Below are positions 1-9,366 of a stretch of DNA of 64,000 bases, piece by piece. A program made the translations under genes and the position numbers. Positions within the stretch are counted from its first letter, which is position 1. Each line of letters opens with the position of its first letter. This DNA comes from a virus. Its lineage: Duplodnaviria; Heunggongvirae; Uroviricota; Caudoviricetes. The DNA is taken from the IMG/VR virus record IMGVR_UViG_3300027861_000012, positions 32,380 to 96,379 of that record; one strand, 5' to 3'. The notes under the pieces were generated by a model. It ran no database searches and was not told the DNA's origin. It saw only the letters and a program-made list of their open reading frames with translations.

Positions 1-205
1 CTCTCCGAAGTTCCCAAACACCAGTGTCAGGATTGACATACACCTTCCACTGAAATTGGTTACCCTCAAACTCGATGGTCAGCAACTCTTCTCCACCAGG
101 CGGGATGAGAGGGGATTCACCCGACCTGGAGAAGAACAGACCTGCACCACCGGCAACGATGGCGATCAAAGCTCCGGCAATCATTGCACGAACAGTTTTC
201 ATCAT
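1..205 (-). CDS. partial CDS (C-terminal part lies before window start): N-terminal signal-anchor or secreted protein
   Basis: Minus-strand ATG at 205-203 gives MMKTVRAMIAGALIAIVAGGAGLFF..., a hydrophobic N-terminus. The frame runs off position 1. Its start overlaps the stop of the upstream gene (ATGA). Confidence 0.4.
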   Translation of the reverse strand, partial: MMKTVRAMIAGALIAIVAGGAGLFFSRSGESPLIPPGGEELLTIEFEGNQFQWKVYVNPDTGVWELRR

Positions 206-750
206 GTAGTCCTCTTTCGCATAACGGAACGAAGTTCAGTATCGAAATGATACCTTTCAACTTCTGGCATGTGCGATAGCATCCAGTGAAGTTGTTGTGG
301 TGTATACTGTTCCCACCACTCTGTATCCTCTGGCCATGCCTCAATCTCCACTGTGGTCTTCGGTAGATTGAGGAGAGCAAATAGTGTATCAAGGTGCCTA
401 TTGAAGTTTTCGCGGTAGATATGAAACTGGCAATCAGGAGCTTGAACAAACAACGGTCTGCCTTCATAGGCCACCAGTGCGTAGTCCATCGGTTGGTCAC
501 AGAACAGCATACTTGCTGCTTTGCGCCGCAGGAACACAACGGCAGGGTTGCAGATGACCGTGAAGAATCGAAGCTCGACACGATCCTGTATGGACAAAAT
601 GCCGGTGTCTACCAGTTCCCCATAGCTGATTCCAGGGCGGCCCAGTACCCTTGCCCCTGGTAATGACGACCAGTAGTGTCGAAACTTTGGCATAGGAACC
701 AAAGGCTCATCAAGAAACACAGTCTTCAGTGTCTCATTCAAGACGGCCAT
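202..750 (-). CDS. hypothetical protein, weakly sulfotransferase-like
   Basis: 182-aa ORF. The ICNPAVVFLRRK segment loosely resembles the RNPxD..S 3'-PAPS-binding motif of sulfotransferases. Adjacent gene overlaps are typical of an operon. Confidence 0.4.
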   Translation of the reverse strand: MAVLNETLKTVFLDEPLVPMPKFRHYWSSLPGARVLGRPGISYGELVDTGILSIQDRVELRFFTVICNPAVVFLRRKAASMLFCDQPMDYALVAYEGRPLFVQAPDCQFHIYRENFNRHLDTLFALLNLPKTTVEIEAWPEDTEWWEQYTPQQLHWMLSHMPEVERYHFDTELRSVMRKRTT

Positions 751-1190
751 CGTTGCTCATGTTCTTCGAGTGGTTGTAGATTCTCAGCCATACGTTCGAT
801 CACCGGTATCAAATCAGGCATACCAGTATCTCTGGCCCGTGTACGACAGACCAGGGGGTTTGTTGTAATGTGATGAAAGTAGACGCGGAAGTTGATGCCA
901 TCCTCGTCACCACCCCATTTGCGAAGCTCGTCCCTAGCTGATAGAGTGGTGTTGGTTGCATCCATGATCACTACATCGTGGCCAGCTTCAAACAGCGCTT
1001 TGATCATGATTTTCACATGTGCCCATACAAGCTCTTCGCACGGAGCATACCATCGGTTACCGTGAATCACCAACCTCAAAGCATCGGGGCTCACAATAGG
1101 CGCACCCAAGTCTTCAGCAAATGTCCTGGCCCAGGTGGACTTACCCGACCGAGGGAGGCCCATCATCGCTATCAGTCTGTTTGTTGACAT
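738..1190 (-). CDS. polynucleotide 5'-hydroxyl-kinase-like P-loop kinase (T4 Pnk kinase-domain homologue)
   Basis: Walker A GLPRSGKSTWARTF is nearly identical to T4 Pnk GCPGSGKSTWAREF. 150 aa matches the size of the stand-alone kinase domain. The downstream motif VIMDATNTT resembles Pnk IISDTNLNP. Confidence 0.65.
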   Translation of the reverse strand: MSTNRLIAMMGLPRSGKSTWARTFAEDLGAPIVSPDALRLVIHGNRWYAPCEELVWAHVKIMIKALFEAGHDVVIMDATNTTLSARDELRKWGGDEDGINFRVYFHHITTNPLVCRTRARDTGMPDLIPVIERMAENLQPLEEHEQRWPS

Positions 1191-1542
1191 CTCGTTCTTT
1201 CACTGCTTGAATGACCGCGTCGAGTTTCTTGAGCGTCTCGTAGACTAGGAGACGTTCTTCTTCGAGTTCTTTGCAATCTACGGATACAATGACATCCGGA
1301 TCGTCACAAATGTCAGCCACCGCATGTAGACCTTTCACGACATGGTGGTAGTCTATCGTGAAGGTGTAGGTGATATTGATCAGATCACCGTTATCTACCA
1401 CCATTCTGTCTTTGTACTCTGGCATCAACGTAAAGATGGATGAGGTATGGCGGTCGTATGCCGCCTTTTCAAGCACCATCAGAATTTTAACAACCTCTGT
1501 CCGCTCGGGCTCGACACCCTTTCTGTAGATGCTGGTACTCAT
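1141..1542 (-). CDS. hypothetical protein
   Basis: 133-aa ORF in a compact minus-strand gene string. No recognisable motif. Confidence 0.45.
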   Translation of the reverse strand: MSTSIYRKGVEPERTEVVKILMVLEKAAYDRHTSSIFTLMPEYKDRMVVDNGDLINITYTFTIDYHHVVKGLHAVADICDDPDVIVSVDCKELEEERLLVYETLKKLDAVIQAVKERDVNKQTDSDDGPPSVG

Positions 1543-2066
1543 ACTGGACTCCTATATCCGTTTTGTCGGATCTCACTATCAAAGAGACGCGACACTAAAT
1601 CGAGAGCTTCGGGATCTTCTTTGTAGAACTCGCTGAAATCCAGGTCACCACGGTACGGGGAGCTATTCATTTGGGGTATGTCTGCCGGAACTAACCCTGC
1701 CCAAGTTAGCAACCAATCAAACTCATGCTGAATCTCTTCGTAGCGTATGATGTAGTTGGCATGGAGGACGTGTCCAAACAGTCTTCCTTCGGGGCAATAC
1801 TTCGTGTGGGTGTACCACTCCTCAATGAAATCGTTGAGTGACAGGTTTCCACGATCCATCTTACGCCACCATGAAACCATCACGTCATAGGGATTACGAA
1901 TCGTGGTGGCAACCATCCAACCAGCCGGTGGTCGTTCTTCAAGACCTGAGTGATGACTACCAACCATCCTTGCCCCAAACCGATCCATGAGCACCCCCGC
2001 TGTGGCATACGAAGCCGTGCGAGGGTGCGCCAGGTAGATCAGGTGGTGGTCTTCAAGGATATACAT
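1539..2066 (-). CDS. sulfotransferase-family protein
   Basis: 5'-PSB-like AHPRTASYATAG near the N-terminus and 3'-PB-like IRNPYDVMVSWW (RNPxDxxxS), typical of PAPS-dependent sulfotransferases. 175 aa. Confidence 0.55.
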   Translation of the reverse strand: MYILEDHHLIYLAHPRTASYATAGVLMDRFGARMVGSHHSGLEERPPAGWMVATTIRNPYDVMVSWWRKMDRGNLSLNDFIEEWYTHTKYCPEGRLFGHVLHANYIIRYEEIQHEFDWLLTWAGLVPADIPQMNSSPYRGDLDFSEFYKEDPEALDLVSRLFDSEIRQNGYRSPV

Positions 2067-3388
2067 CAGACCTGTATTTCCTCAAGCATGTCGATCTTGT
2101 AGCGTTGTGGTCCAGCCGCGTCCACCGAAGGACGCCGCAGCCGTACTGGAAGCCGCCAGGTGACGCCATACTTTTTGTTGACACCATGCAACAACTGCGT
2201 GGGCTCGGTGAAGCCAGAGAAAGCATTGAAAGCATACGGGTCAGTGGCTACCCAGGCTCCGTTGATCATCAACTCGCCGTCCATCTCCATGGTTGTCCCT
2301 GGACGATGGAAATGCCCACAACAGTAATAGCGAATCGGCGGCCCAGCCATATGGCGATCCAGACCCATGATCCGTCGCTGGCGTCGTTCAAGACCGTACC
2401 ACGGGATGCCAAGGTTGCTTCTGATATCGTCGCCGTGGAAGACACAGAAACCAACACCACCGATATCAAGGTTGATCGAGAACGAATTCGGAATAGTGAA
2501 GTCAACATTCCCCATGTCGCCACAATACTGCTGGGCAGTCTTGGCAATCAGGTAATCCCAGTTGTCGTGAGCACCATGGTAGTTCTTCTTGTTTGACCGG
2601 CGGCCGTGGTTACCAGGCACGTAGACCACATTCACTTGCTCGAAATACTGCGCAAGTTCTCGGAACATCAGAGCATGAAGCTGGCCAATGGCCAGTGTGT
2701 TCTTGAAGATGTTCTTGAAATAGGACCGCTCAACGTGACCATGAATCTCGCCGCTGGTATGATCACCATAGCACAAGATGGTGATGTCAGGGAAATGGAA
2801 CTGTGGCTTCAGGGTTACCTGAGTCCATTTGATCACGGCATCAACATACCGCTCGGCACGAGCCACACTGATCGGGAAGTTGTATTCTTCCAGGTAGCCC
2901 ACCATCTCAGGGCTCACGACTTGATCATGGTGACCATCGGAGATATGCATCACAAGATGCTCAGTAACGTCCCCGTGCTTCCGGTTACTGGGAAGCTTAA
3001 TTGCAGAAGGCAGGGGTCTCATCGGGACGATCTTGTCCTCAAGTTCATCCGCGATGGCAAGGAATAATCCATGTTCCTTAGCAGCCGCCTTCAACGCCCG
3101 TTTGGCATCGTTGCGCTCAACTCGTAGATGCTCAACTTCGGATTGTAGTTCCAGGATTTTGTCGTCAGTCGGATCAAAGGACTCTGGTGGTGGACCTGTT
3201 CGCTTGCTGGTAGTTGTGGGGCCAATGTCTGCATGAGACCGACCACACTGAATGTCAGAAACATAGCTGCGGCTGATCTTGTACTTCTTTGCAGCCTTGG
3301 TCTGGATCATCCCTGCATTCAAGTCGGTCTTCAATGCAATGATCTGATCGTCCGTCAGCAGTTTTCGATTTGCCATGGGGAGCCTCAT
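2066..3388 (-). CDS. calcineurin-like metallophosphoesterase with N-terminal HTH and coiled-coil region
   Basis: Metallophosphatase motifs GDHTSGEIHG, VPGNHG and CGHFHRPG. The N-terminus (MIQTKAAKKYKISRSYVSDI) looks like a helix-turn-helix. 440 aa. Confidence 0.7.
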   Translation of the reverse strand: MRLPMANRKLLTDDQIIALKTDLNAGMIQTKAAKKYKISRSYVSDIQCGRSHADIGPTTTSKRTGPPPESFDPTDDKILELQSEVEHLRVERNDAKRALKAAAKEHGLFLAIADELEDKIVPMRPLPSAIKLPSNRKHGDVTEHLVMHISDGHHDQVVSPEMVGYLEEYNFPISVARAERYVDAVIKWTQVTLKPQFHFPDITILCYGDHTSGEIHGHVERSYFKNIFKNTLAIGQLHALMFRELAQYFEQVNVVYVPGNHGRRSNKKNYHGAHDNWDYLIAKTAQQYCGDMGNVDFTIPNSFSINLDIGGVGFCVFHGDDIRSNLGIPWYGLERRQRRIMGLDRHMAGPPIRYYCCGHFHRPGTTMEMDGELMINGAWVATDPYAFNAFSGFTEPTQLLHGVNKKYGVTWRLPVRLRRPSVDAAGPQRYKIDMLEEIQV

Positions 3389-3442
3389 TATGAACTAAGT
3401 GATACTACTTATTCCTATTATACCAAGAACCCGACCGGGCTG

Positions 3443-4537
3443 TCAAGCCCGATCTTGCGCATCTTTCCGAGCATAATAGTCCGCGCTGACAATTTTCACG
3501 ATCATCCGACCACATAGTACAGATGACCATTGTTCTTTCACGGGGGTTACTACACACCCCTCTCGGCCCTTGTATTTGCAAGTGATGTCCGCCGGGCTCG
3601 CTGCCATGGTCGGACCATCACAAAGGGACATGAGGCTTTCATCGAACACACCCTCATAAAGGAGGGGGACTGTCGGGACATTATGTTTTGTGGCATACGC
3701 CTTGACATCTGCCCAGTCCATGTACTTCATGTGCCCTGGCTGCCCGGCCATGATATCGAACAACCGATAACCCCCTCGTTCGGGGGTCCCATAGTCCATA
3801 TCCTGTACCTTGCGGCCATAGATTTCGCCATAGGCTACAACCGAGCAGTTGGCCTCTCTGAGGGCGATGTCGGTGAGCATGTTCTGCATCTCTCCGGTCA
3901 AAGGAAGCCAATACAGGGACGCTCTGGAGCCAGAACGGGCATCTGAGAGGGCTTTCACATTGGTCTTGTGTGACCCACACATGAACTCGGGCCCGTCTTC
4001 CGTGTAGACCAAGCCCACCCGGCTGTTGGTGCCGTGCATCTTCTCGGTGGCTCGCACGATGGTTCCTGGCGGAATCGCACCGGGGTTGGCCCGTAGATGC
4101 TGTATATGTGTATAGACCGGGAACAACAGGTTCTCGGGTCGAGCATCCCCGGCAGTAAGCTCGGGTGGCGGCTCGTACTTGATCCCGGCGTAGACCTCAG
4201 TGACATCGGCCCCAAAGGTTAGGTCACCTTCGTAGGGAATCACGAAGCCAAAGGACGCCTCCCCACGGATACGGATCGCACCTACCCTACACTGAGATTT
4301 CTGAGAATCACCAGGGTAGATGGAATGCTTGAGATACGCACGCACACCCAGCGATTCAGCGGTATCTTCTGGGATTAGCATGTCAGGCGGGAAGAACACC
4401 ACTTTGTCCTTCACCTTATGGAGGCCCTTTTTCACGACCAACTGAAAACCGAGTACCTGGATGATGTCCAGGCGATCTGCATTGGGGTGGTCTTCGACTT
4501 CATTGACGCGCTCAACAGTGATGAGTGTCTTGCTCAT
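3443..4537 (-). CDS. RNA ligase (Rnl2-like nucleotidyltransferase) with N-terminal tRNA-binding OB domain
   Basis: N-terminal VNEVEDHPNADRLDIIQV... matches the CsaA/Trbp111/EMAP tRNA-binding OB fold (HPNADKL signature). The central EKMHGTN matches the lysine-adenylyltransferase motif I KxHGTN of T4 Rnl2. Confidence 0.65.
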   Translation of the reverse strand: MSKTLITVERVNEVEDHPNADRLDIIQVLGFQLVVKKGLHKVKDKVVFFPPDMLIPEDTAESLGVRAYLKHSIYPGDSQKSQCRVGAIRIRGEASFGFVIPYEGDLTFGADVTEVYAGIKYEPPPELTAGDARPENLLFPVYTHIQHLRANPGAIPPGTIVRATEKMHGTNSRVGLVYTEDGPEFMCGSHKTNVKALSDARSGSRASLYWLPLTGEMQNMLTDIALREANCSVVAYGEIYGRKVQDMDYGTPERGGYRLFDIMAGQPGHMKYMDWADVKAYATKHNVPTVPLLYEGVFDESLMSLCDGPTMAASPADITCKYKGREGCVVTPVKEQWSSVLCGRMIVKIVSADYYARKDAQDRA

Positions 4538-6324
4538 ATAGTTTCTCCTGGCGAGATATACACGGGGTGAGGAAAATTAGGATCGGGATGATGCTCGATC
4601 AAGTAGTCCATGGCAGCCACAAAATGAGCCGGTTCGGATATGTTGTCATAAATCTTCTCGTCCATTGGCGCAACCTGTACACGCTGCCGCATTTCCTGGC
4701 GAAACTCTTCGTCATCAATCATCCGTGTGATCAGTTTCTGGTATCCATACCGACTCTCAGCAATGAGTTCCGGCATGTTCAGCATACGGTTCACGGCCGA
4801 TGATGCTCTATTGTACCAATGATCACCCTGTAGAGTGATTACTGGTTTACCAACATGCAATTGATCGATAATTGTATTGTAACCTCCGAACGGGAAAGAA
4901 TCAATACCAAAATCGCCCCATTCCAATCTGGCCATATAACCAGCATAACCACCATTATCGGGTAGAACACGGGCGCTCCCGCCCTCAAAAATGTCGTGAA
5001 TCTCCGTCAGGAATGCATTCAACCCGTTGTAACGACAGATCCCGCTGCTTGGGAAGAAATGTACACGCGACTCGTGTTTGGCATCCATCATCCCGGCTCG
5101 CACAGCCGTAAGCATATCACGATTGTACTTAGACGGGCCCCAACATGCGTTGATCAGAACAATGTCAGTTTCCCGCTCCGGGTTGGTGAGTTCGTATGTT
5201 GGGCGAACTGACTGATTTCCCATCCCAGGGAGTAACACTAACCGCTCTGAATAATTAAGGTACGCCTCAGAGGACTCCACAGCGTCTCCACTGATGAAAA
5301 AATCAATCTCGGTTCCAACTGTACTGACTGGGTGGCCGGTGGTCAAAACCTGGATGGGTGCAAATCTTTGGTTGGCCAGAATGATGGACTGCGAGTTCAT
5401 GCCAACATCCGGGTAGATGATAGCTGCGTACTGGTTATCCAACAACGGTTCCAGACCGAGGAAATCATTGCCCTCAGTATGGATGAAATGAACCTTCTCG
5501 AAGCCCTCGGTGTCCAATTTCAAATCACCAGCATCCTTGTTCAAATGAAACAAGTCCAGCTTGAACGGCCCCTTCAGAGCGTTGATGAGCGGGGCCACAC
5601 TTCGATGGACCACAGTGTTGGGTGCCCACCGGTCAGAAATGATTGCAATCCGCTTTGGATCTGGGTTGTTTGTGATCTTCATAGGCGGCCACTTCTTACG
5701 AACACACTCGTTGATACGAGCCTTAATCAACGGGGCACCGTCATGATCAGCATACGTTGGCACAAAGTGGATGTCCGTGAACTGGGTGGTTTGTGGAAAA
5801 TCACCAAAGGGTCCGGCCCTGAAATGATTTCGGAGATTCTTTTCGATTCGTGGGTTGATGATGCTACCCGTGCAGGTTGGATATAGTGACCACCACAGGG
5901 TTGCTAATGAGTCCTTCTCCAAAGTGTCATAGTCAACCTGTACGCTGGTCCGTGGGCACACCAGGGTGAGTATCTTGGCACGATGGCCTTTGGTTCGCAT
6001 ATCCAGTTGGGCCAACCACTTATCGGCGGTCTTGAATCTGGACATGGCTACGATGTTGGCGATGACTGGATTTAGGCGGACGAAGTATTCCTCATCCATG
6101 CCTGCAATACGAAACTTCTTCCCGGTGAATGTATCCAGGAAGACTTCCAGAAACTCGTCCACATACTTCTCGGTTTTTGGCTGCATTGGACCAAAGTTGA
6201 CGGTGCAAAAGAGTCGCATAGCTTCGACTATCAACACCATGTAGTGCATATAGTTCTTCTCTTTGTAAGCCTGACGAATATCATCGAGAAGAAGATCAGG
6301 TAAAGCTCGTGTCAAATGTGGCAT
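4534..6324 (-). CDS. GT41-family glycosyltransferase (O-GlcNAc transferase / HMW1C-like catalytic region, no TPR)
   Basis: The C-terminal block FPFGGYNTIIDQLHVGKPVITLQGDHWYNRASSAVNRMLNMPELIAESRYGYQKLITRM aligns to the OGT/HMW1C donor-binding region ([38 protein letters not shown]...ELIAKNRQEYEDIAVKL). 596 aa. Confidence 0.6.
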   Translation of the reverse strand: MPHLTRALPDLLLDDIRQAYKEKNYMHYMVLIVEAMRLFCTVNFGPMQPKTEKYVDEFLEVFLDTFTGKKFRIAGMDEEYFVRLNPVIANIVAMSRFKTADKWLAQLDMRTKGHRAKILTLVCPRTSVQVDYDTLEKDSLATLWWSLYPTCTGSIINPRIEKNLRNHFRAGPFGDFPQTTQFTDIHFVPTYADHDGAPLIKARINECVRKKWPPMKITNNPDPKRIAIISDRWAPNTVVHRSVAPLINALKGPFKLDLFHLNKDAGDLKLDTEGFEKVHFIHTEGNDFLGLEPLLDNQYAAIIYPDVGMNSQSIILANQRFAPIQVLTTGHPVSTVGTEIDFFISGDAVESSEAYLNYSERLVLLPGMGNQSVRPTYELTNPERETDIVLINACWGPSKYNRDMLTAVRAGMMDAKHESRVHFFPSSGICRYNGLNAFLTEIHDIFEGGSARVLPDNGGYAGYMARLEWGDFGIDSFPFGGYNTIIDQLHVGKPVITLQGDHWYNRASSAVNRMLNMPELIAESRYGYQKLITRMIDDEEFRQEMRQRVQVAPMDEKIYDNISEPAHFVAAMDYLIEHHPDPNFPHPVYISPGETI

Positions 6325-8150
6325 GGACTTGCTCCACGAATGTAAATGGGACTGATAGTATTCGGATTGGGTTGCTGTTCAATGAGATACTGCACAGCAG
6401 TCTTGAACGCCACCTGCTCCGTCGTGTCAGTATAGAACGCATCCCGCAGCACATCTTGTTTGATACGGGCTACCATTTTGGTACGAAAATCATCATCATC
6501 GATCATTCGCGTGATCAGATCGCGGTATGTGTCATAGTTAGTGGTAATCAACTCACCCATACCCATGACATCGATAATTGCTGAAGATGCTCGATTGTGC
6601 CACTGGCCACCCTGGAATGTGACAACTGGATTCTGAACATGCAACAGGTCAAAGATCGTGTTGAACCCACAGAACGGATAGGAGTCAATTCCGAAGTCGC
6701 CACGCTCTAGTCTGTGCATGTAAGCGGGTCGCCCGCCTGCTGTCTCCATGATCACCGCGCGGTCACCCATAATGCTCTTGGTACTGTTTTCAAAAGCACT
6801 GAACCCAAAGTAACGATTGATCCCGTCGTTCGGGAAGAAGTGGACCCGTGACTTCCGCTTTGCATTGTCCATTGCATCACGAACAGCTTCTAACATGGGG
6901 CGATTGAATTTGGCACCACTCCAGCACGCATTGATAACGATGGTCTCATCCCGCTTGGGGCGTTGCAACTCGTAAGCAGGTTGTGTGGCTTGAATCCCCA
7001 GGCCAGGCAGCAATACCAATCGCTCAGAGTAATTCACTTCTGCCATGTTTAGATTCTCACCAAGGTCACCGCTGATGAAGTAGTCGATCTTACCACCAAA
7101 CGTACTGACTGGATGTCCCATCAGTGCCATTTGTATTGGCGCAAATCTCTGATTCGAGAGGATCACCGACAGATTCGACATACCAATGTCAACATACATG
7201 ACCGCACCATACTGGTTATTTAGTAGCGGTCCAAGATTCTGCAACGGGTCCTTCTTGTCGGTTGACAACTCATACACGTTCTCAAAGATGGTCGTGTCTT
7301 GTTTATCAGGGTCATGGGGTTGCCCTTGAAACAGATCCATGCGATACTGGCCATGCAGGGCCTTAACCAGCGGCCCCATAGTACGATAGATCACATGGCG
7401 ATTCTGCCAGCTATTGGTGATAACCGCTATCCGTTTTGGATCGGGGTTGTTGGTGACTTCAAGCTGTGGCCATCTCTTCTGAATGTGCTCGTTGACCCGC
7501 TGCTTCAGCTTTCGACTCCCCGGCAGGTCTTTGTAGGACGCAAGGAAAGCAGCATTAGTAACGCGAGTATCTTGAGGGAATGCAGGCGGTGGTCCCCATC
7601 GGAAACATCGAGTCAGATTCTCATTGATGTAATCTTCCGCTGTGTTGCTGACTCCGCGTGTATATGCTGACCACCACAGGGCTACAGCCTCTCGGTCGCC
7701 CTCATGCAAGATGTCAAAATTCACCCGGCGTCTGATACGAGATGACAGCAGTACCAGTACCTTCAGAAAGTTGTGCTCAAATGGCTCAGCAATCTGTCCG
7801 TCAGCATCCAAGAGTTGATCCAACCATCTGTCCGCTGTCTCGTGCTTTGAGGCAGCTAAGAGGTTGGCTATCATCGGATTGAAATCAATGAAGCGGGCGG
7901 CATCATAGGCTTCCAGTTGGAATTTTTCGCCTACGAAGGTGGACAACAACACTCCCATGAAATCAGAGATTCCGGCTTTAGCTGCGGCATCCGGGCGGGC
8001 TGATTCCAGCTTGTGATACAAACCCATGGAATCATTGAACAAGGCAGCATACTGAGGGTAGTTTCTGGTCTCGTATGCCAACTTGAGTCGAACGGCTACA
8101 TGCTTGAAGATATCACCAAACTGGCCTAATGCTTGAATCGATGGGAACAT
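6312..8150 (-). CDS. GT41-family glycosyltransferase, paralogue of the preceding gene
   Basis: Same C-terminal GT41 block (YPFCGFNTIFDLLHVQNPVVTFQGGQWHNRASSAIIDVMGMGELITTNYDTYRDLITRM). Start moved to the ATG at 8150, which has a GGAGG site 6 nt upstream and abuts the stop of the methyltransferase. The 706-aa ORF-track start is probably too long. Confidence 0.6.
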   Translation of the reverse strand: MFPSIQALGQFGDIFKHVAVRLKLAYETRNYPQYAALFNDSMGLYHKLESARPDAAAKAGISDFMGVLLSTFVGEKFQLEAYDAARFIDFNPMIANLLAASKHETADRWLDQLLDADGQIAEPFEHNFLKVLVLLSSRIRRRVNFDILHEGDREAVALWWSAYTRGVSNTAEDYINENLTRCFRWGPPPAFPQDTRVTNAAFLASYKDLPGSRKLKQRVNEHIQKRWPQLEVTNNPDPKRIAVITNSWQNRHVIYRTMGPLVKALHGQYRMDLFQGQPHDPDKQDTTIFENVYELSTDKKDPLQNLGPLLNNQYGAVMYVDIGMSNLSVILSNQRFAPIQMALMGHPVSTFGGKIDYFISGDLGENLNMAEVNYSERLVLLPGLGIQATQPAYELQRPKRDETIVINACWSGAKFNRPMLEAVRDAMDNAKRKSRVHFFPNDGINRYFGFSAFENSTKSIMGDRAVIMETAGGRPAYMHRLERGDFGIDSYPFCGFNTIFDLLHVQNPVVTFQGGQWHNRASSAIIDVMGMGELITTNYDTYRDLITRMIDDDDFRTKMVARIKQDVLRDAFYTDTTEQVAFKTAVQYLIEQQPNPNTISPIYIRGASPCHI

Positions 8151-8151
8151 A

Positions 8152-9366
8152 TCACCCTCCATATGGTACAAGTTGACCGTTGTCAATGTACATGATTTGC
8201 TTGCAGTTGATGCCAATCGAACGAATTTGATCAGCGATATCGTGAATTCGCCAAGCTGACGTAACAATGATGGTTCGTGGCGGATCTTGCACCAACTCGT
8301 CGATAGGAAATTTGATTTCCTGCCCTGTGCCGGGGACAAACAGTTCCACCAAGGCCAAATTAGAATCCACCACCAACGGGTACCGTGTCTTGTCCACTTG
8401 ATACAGATTGAAGAATGAAGCACTCTTGCCAATCGCGCCCCAGAAGGCTAGCGGTCGGTTGTACGTGTCATCCAACTCTTGGGTTCTAAGGAACTCCAAT
8501 TGACCCTGTACCGTGGCGACCTGAAGGGCGATCTGATCAGCAAACCCCTCGGCCCGTTTCCGATGTGACATTGGGGATCGTAATTTCACCAACGCGGTCA
8601 GCATCGATCCACGGCAGTCTGGCTTGAGATAGACTACACGAAAATGCTTACGCAGTAGTACATCCAAGCTACTCAGCGTGAAATGTGAAACATGCTCGTA
8701 CATCATGTCCTGTGAACGAAGCCGATCCAGAATGAGATCGCCATTAGGCACTTCGATGAACACAAACGGGGATACCTGAGTAATGTGGCAGGCACGCACC
8801 AGTTCATCGATAAACTCGGCTGGACGCGGGAAGTGCTCCAGGACATGTCGCATGATGATCAAACTGGGCTCATGCTTATCAATGTCGTATTCACAGTTGG
8901 CAAATGCGCGTTCAATGATGATATCCTGGCCTTCGTTGGCAAACTCAGCATCTGACACATCAACGCCAGGATCGACGCCACGGTATCGAAGACGGGCCCC
9001 GAGTGGATACTGAATCATTTCGCGCATAAACCCGCCGCTACCGCTCCCGATTTCAAGAACTGTACTGGTATCAGGTAATTGGGCACGTTCCAGAATCTCG
9101 TTGGCCGCCCGCTCAAAATGATCCTTCCAGGCAATGCCACTATTGTACATCTGCCAGTCCTGTTCATAGTCCACGTTCTTCTCTTCAAATTGAAGATTGA
9201 AAATGTGGCCACAATCCTCACACAGAACATGATGCATCCCGAATTTAGGGGCACACATAGCATCAGCAACCGTCTGTGGAATACGTAATGTGGTCAACGG
9301 CTGTGGGCCGGGATCATACAATGGGATTAGGTTCCTGGACTCACAAACTATGCATTGGCGTCTCAT
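8152..9366 (-). CDS. SAM-dependent C-methyltransferase (zinc-ribbon + Methyltransf_13/14 architecture, as in NDP-hexose C-methyltransferases)
   Basis: N-terminal CxxC...CxxC (CIVCES...CEDCGH), SAM motif I VLEIGSGSGGF, acidic motif II, and a long C-terminal domain. 404 aa. Confidence 0.7.
   Translation of the reverse strand: MRRQCIVCESRNLIPLYDPGPQPLTTLRIPQTVADAMCAPKFGMHHVLCEDCGHIFNLQFEEKNVDYEQDWQMYNSGIAWKDHFERAANEILERAQLPDTSTVLEIGSGSGGFMREMIQYPLGARLRYRGVDPGVDVSDAEFANEGQDIIIERAFANCEYDIDKHEPSLIIMRHVLEHFPRPAEFIDELVRACHITQVSPFVFIEVPNGDLILDRLRSQDMMYEHVSHFTLSSLDVLLRKHFRVVYLKPDCRGSMLTALVKLRSPMSHRKRAEGFADQIALQVATVQGQLEFLRTQELDDTYNRPLAFWGAIGKSASFFNLYQVDKTRYPLVVDSNLALVELFVPGTGQEIKFPIDELVQDPPRTIIVTSAWRIHDIADQIRSIGINCKQIMYIDNGQLVPYGG

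Noticed and set aside
3530-3946. 138-aa plus-strand ORF, and the minus-strand ORFs at 3681-3980 and 3955-4215
   Set aside because: All lie inside the RNA ligase gene region on other frames or the opposite strand. The ligase frame has the conserved motifs.
6312-8432. 706-aa version of the second GT41 gene
   Set aside because: The first 94 codons overlap the methyltransferase gene by 280 nt and read as low-complexity W-rich sequence. The internal ATG at 8150 has a GGAGG site and gives a 613-aa protein the same size as its paralogue.
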